A stretch of 56,298 nucleotides of DNA, the filler included, from Platydemus manokwari (Eukaryota), in the NCBI GenBank assembly GCA_037951405.1. It is 5 parts of 5 records of this genome, joined end to end, with 100 filler letters (N's around TTAATTAATTAA, not from the genome) between each part and the next. Parts side by side here need not be neighbours in the genome. Positions count along the whole stretch, not along the records: positions 43,683 to 56,298 come from JBBMOY010044458.1; 4 more parts are not named here. One strand, written 5' to 3'. Both the position numbers and the translations under genes were made by a program. The notes under the pieces were generated by a model. The model saw only the letters and a list, made by a program, of their open reading frames with translations, had not been told where the DNA came from and did not search any database. This document shows positions 51,711-56,298 of the stretch, in pieces (position 1 is the stretch's first letter; every line of letters starts with the position of its first letter).

Positions 51711-54007
51711 GTGGGAAATAATAAAAGGCACACACAACAAATGTTTTTGATGAATTGTGATTACGTTTGTATTTGTATTATTTAGCGCAAATTTATTTAT
51801 TGTTTCTAATTTCAATAAATCCTTTATGATTTACTTGTTTATATGATGATATTTGCTGGGTTGATATTTATTTAATACATTTATTTATAATTATTTAAAA
51901 ATCGTTATTGTCCACTGCTATTGTAAATGATCAGAATTGACATATGTTACCAGTGAAGTTTCTCCGAGATTGTCGGACAGAAATATTGAAAAAGTCAGCC
52001 AAAACTAAATACTATAAAAATAGCAATCCAAAATGTCATGATGTATATATATAAATTCATCACGTTTTGGACATCATAGATTTCATATCAATAACAAAGA
52101 AATTGTTGTAGGTTTTGTGGGTCAATAAAATGCATTTTGAACATCAATGTTTCAATCTGAATCTATGAATGACTATCAAAATGCTAAGGCCTTCCCACAA
52201 CATAGATGCGATGGTATTCTATGGTAGAATATATAATTATACAACTATAATGATATGACCATCGTTCGTGATGTGTCAATCACATTTACAATCTTCAATA
52301 CATCGCACAACAATTCATTTTTTTTGCAAGTGGTTTTTCTTTTCCATACGTTTTTCTTGTTCAATTGCTTATCATCACAATAAAATTTCTATTCATGAGA
52401 AATCTCGCTTTTACTCTCATCTCATAGTTAAATATATCAAGTTTTTTGCTTTTATATTCGTTGTGTTTTGTTTTAATTTTTATATTTAAATATCAGCAGA
52501 CATTCCAACGGAATAAAACAACGTTTCATGAGTCGATTTCATTTTGTGTTTTTAAATAAATTCACAAAGGTCCTACATTCAGCCTTATTGATCTTTGGAT
52601 GTTTATTTATAAATCACAATACTATTATAAACAAGTATAAAAATAAAATTGATTTTTATATGGTTTGTTATTTTTGCTACCCAATGGTTTTCGATTTTTT
52701 TTTCGAACTAAAGTTTTATTTGGTAAATAAAAATTATAGATAGATGGTTGCTGGTTATCTGTTCTAAATTTATAAAAACATTAAATTAATTTTGAATTTT
52801 AGCTACTAGATATTTTAAAGTAATATAATTACATTTAAATTGAATTTATTTTGATTTCTTCTGCGAAGCGGATTGGTTACGCCAGAAATGAAATTGCCCA
52901 GTTAAAGTGGAATTTGATTTGTCATAACTCTGGAAAAACAACATTGCAATGATTGCCTACTTGTGTGTATCCTTGTTTTTTGCGGCCGATGTACACTATG
53001 TTCTTAATTTTTGACACTTAATTCATTTTTTGAGAATATTTATTTTTAAAATGATCGGTTATGTTTATCAATTTTAATCGAATTTTTAGATTGGTTTTGA
53101 ATTGAATTAGATGGAAACCAATAATTGAAATAAATAAAAGAGTTACAGAGTATCTATTAAATTTTTGATACCCATTAAAATGCAAAATATATTTTCTCTC
53201 TCGATTTGGAAATATAAGCAAATGGCATTGGAAATTGAATGAATCGTGGTATAAAAATGTCTGGGAATTTCATTTATGAACTCACTCTAGTATTTCCCTT
53301 CAACTATGAGATTCAAACAACCAATCCGAGATGCAAAAAAATATTCTCATATTTATCATGGATTGATATTTTCATAAATATTCCCTTCATTATATTTATA
53401 GAAAATGGGGGGGGGGCATTGAATCGAAAAAATAGTAAAATACGAATGAAATATTGATACGTGGAATACATTTATGGAGAATTAATAGATGATACAAGTT
53501 GTAAAAATGCCCATGACCTATATTTTTGACCATGAAAAGCGTGTGAGCTTAAATCGCTGTCAACATATTTTAATGAAATGGTATCTACTTTTATTCATGG
53601 CATATAATCACACAAAGCATTGTAATTCATTAAATCATTATGACAAATCATGCTATTAACTTTTGATATGACTTAGATTGATGACATTGATTAAGGAATT
53701 CCATCAATAAATTCTAACCTTTTTTATAGAATTACACAACGACAGAAATTATTTTAACTCATATGGCATTAGCCTTTGGCTCAATGATAAATTGAATGAA
53801 TATTCTCTATTCTAACTAATAATTAATAAAATTAATTAATATGATATATTTAAGAAAAAAAAAGTAAGTGCAAATCATAATTCTCTGTCTCTAAAACTAA
53901 AATATAACAACAAAACAATATAATTTATGCTCATTGATATTAATTATTATTCACTGATTAATGCACTTTATTTCTTATTTCTTATTAATCAGTTGCATTA
54001 TTACAAT

Positions 54008-54260
54008 ATGGCGGAAGCAGCTGATGATGTTAAATTTTCTTTTGCGAATATAGTGTTTATAGTTAGCTATGTAATACGGTACCAAGAATTTCATCGACAT
54101 TTCAATCGTGCACCACCAGCGACAACAGCAGTGCATTACTGGAAAGAGAAGTCTGACAAAACCGGAAACTTATCCACTAGACCGTTTGACGAACCATGAA
54201 GGAAAAGGTGGTAAATTTTGTAAAAGATAATGATGGCACAAATCAGTGGAGAACCTGCTT
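54008..54260 (+). mobile_element. Decayed Tc1/mariner-superfamily transposase N-terminus (DUF4817-like HTH)
   Basis: QEFHRHFNRAPPATTAVHYWKEKSDKTGNL matches the pattern F.R.F.R.PP...I..W..KF..TGS. No catalytic domain follows. Confidence 0.55.
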
Positions 54261-56298
54261 GTTATTTAACGCTATTTGTTCTTATTGTTGCTTTATTTTA
54301 GTTTTAGAGATGGAGACGGAATTGCACGGTATATATATAAATGCGTGAGTGTAAGGACTCTCTTATTTACGCGACTTACTTTTCTAATCATAATTTAAAC
54401 AATGTATTCCTACTTGATATTTATTCCTATATTTCATGACTTGACTGAACTGAGAAAATAAAGGCAAGAAGTCTTTAGTCGCATTTTCAATAACCAAGTC
54501 ATTCATTCCAAAGAATTTGAGTTGTTTTTGACTTTCGTAAATACATTTATTTCGTCATACTCACCAGTAAGAACAAAATCATCAAGAAAGACAAAAATTT
54601 ACTTATTTTTCAAAATAGGCAAAACTTTAATCAAATTAAAAAAAATAATTAAATATTATTATTGTCAATAAATTATAATAATATTTACAATAATAATAAT
54701 TATTATTAATGTTATTGTTATTCGATCAGAACGATTTTTATAATTGATTTTTGCTTCAATCTTGATTAAAAAGAATTTTCTTTTCCCGTTGTAAAGATTT
54801 TCTAATTAATTTTGTTACACGTGGTATCCTTTTTGATTGTTTGACGTTCCAGCGATAAATTGAAATCATTGCATTATTGATGGCCAGTTTCAAGTGAGAG
54901 TCAATAATTGTTTTTTTTTCTCTTTTTTTCAAAAAATTTTCAAAAGCTTATTTAAAATCAAAAACAATTGAAAAGCAAATAAATGAAAATCATTATGTTT
55001 ATTCCAATGAAATTTTTTGAAAATTTTCATTCTGAATATTGATTATTTCGGGTTGTTTATTTCTGATTTTAATTTTATAGCTTTCGTCAGTGTTTATCAT
55101 TGCTTAGAATTGTAATGATAATAATAATTGTAAACCACTACACTCATCGAAAACAAATCGAAAATACATGGTATCAAATTATATATTAAAATATCATTAT
55201 ATAAACAAATTAATACATAATTTATATTAAATTAAATTTAACACAAAATTAAATTTTATACAAAATCAAACTTTATCTAAATTCAAATTCTACTCAAAAT
55301 CAAAGCTTCAAAGATTAATTATTTTTATTTAACGATTCGGTTGAAGGATTAAACAATTTCGAACCATTTGACTAATTTTATTAAATTTAGTGCATCTAAT
55401 AATTTTGAAAGTTTTATGGGACTAACTGAATCATCAACAATTCTTATTGTATTCGCAATAGCTGTTTGAGTTTGAAAAATCGTATAGATTCTTTGGTTTA
55501 CAAATGAGAAATTGTACGATTACGTCATAATTATAATAAAGAACTGCAGAGATCAACGATTCCTTAGTCGACGTATTCGTATACAAACGGATGTTGTGCC
55601 AGTCTATCAATCACAAATCACACGTGAAATTAAATTAAAATTTCAATAAACTGTTCCAAGCCAATCAAATTTTGTTTTATTTAATGATTCAAGAAATACT
55701 TTGAAATAGACTGGAGATTTGAAGATTCAAATGACAGAGATTGAAGCAATTTATGTGATTTAATGATTATTTTAATTTTTCCATTAGATAGGTTCTTTCT
55801 CAAACCAATTCACTTACTAATCACAATTATAAACAATAATGAAAGGTTCCCAAAAATTCAAGATACCATTTTCAATTTATCTCAACAAGCTATTTCCTTA
55901 TAATTCATTTTAATTAAAATTTACCTTTTATTGGTCACCATTAATTTGAAACATTTGTTACTCTACTCTGACTCATCACTTTTGAGTCGTGAGCTTTTTA
56001 ATGTTTTTCTTCCCCTTTTAGTTAATCATTACCAATAACAGTTACAGTATTTATATGCTTTATTATTAACTTTATCTGTGTTTCATAAAATCTTATCGTA
56101 AATGATGAAGTTCACGTGATATATCAATTATTGGATTGCACTATTTCGGCATTCCAACAAACATTGAGCTTAAATAACTTTATTTTATACATCAGAATGA
56201 TCAAATCAGATTTGTCAATTATATTAAAATGCATCAATAAAAATTAAAATGAGTCTCAAGAAGTTATTAAACAACATAATTAAAGACATTTTTATTCT

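Noticed and set aside
1-56298. CRISPR arrays, tRNA, rRNA, spliced-leader RNA, prokaryotic operons
   Set aside because: None seen by eye; the sequence is eukaryotic with spliceosomal introns.

Overview
Very AT-rich eukaryotic scaffold with many 40-60 nt introns, most likely a planarian (triclad flatworm). This is inferred mainly from a flatworm zfp-1-type zinc-finger gene. Five contigs are joined by four 100-nt artificial gaps (44 N + TTAATTAATTAA + 44 N), so adjacency across gaps is unverified. Host genes: an intronless TMEM272-like 4-TM protein (-), an unidentified spliced gene (+), an ICE2/NARG2-like gene (-), a two-exon orphan (+), an 8-exon VRK-family kinase (+) and a zfp-1-family C2H2 factor (+). 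The rest is mostly decayed mobile DNA: three Ty3/Gypsy pol relics, mariner/Tc1 fragments, hAT MITEs, a probable solo LTR and a possible non-LTR relic. The most notable observation is an apparently complete type III hammerhead ribozyme on the minus strand (about 39040-38982). A second, degenerate hammerhead lies about 125 nt upstream next to a (TA)10 tract, and the two predicted cut sites bracket a 159-nt RNA. Also notable are a probable endogenised mononegavirus L-gene relic (24843-25545) and a nearby possibly viral block (27560-28660). All homology calls are motif recognition by eye; no searches were run.
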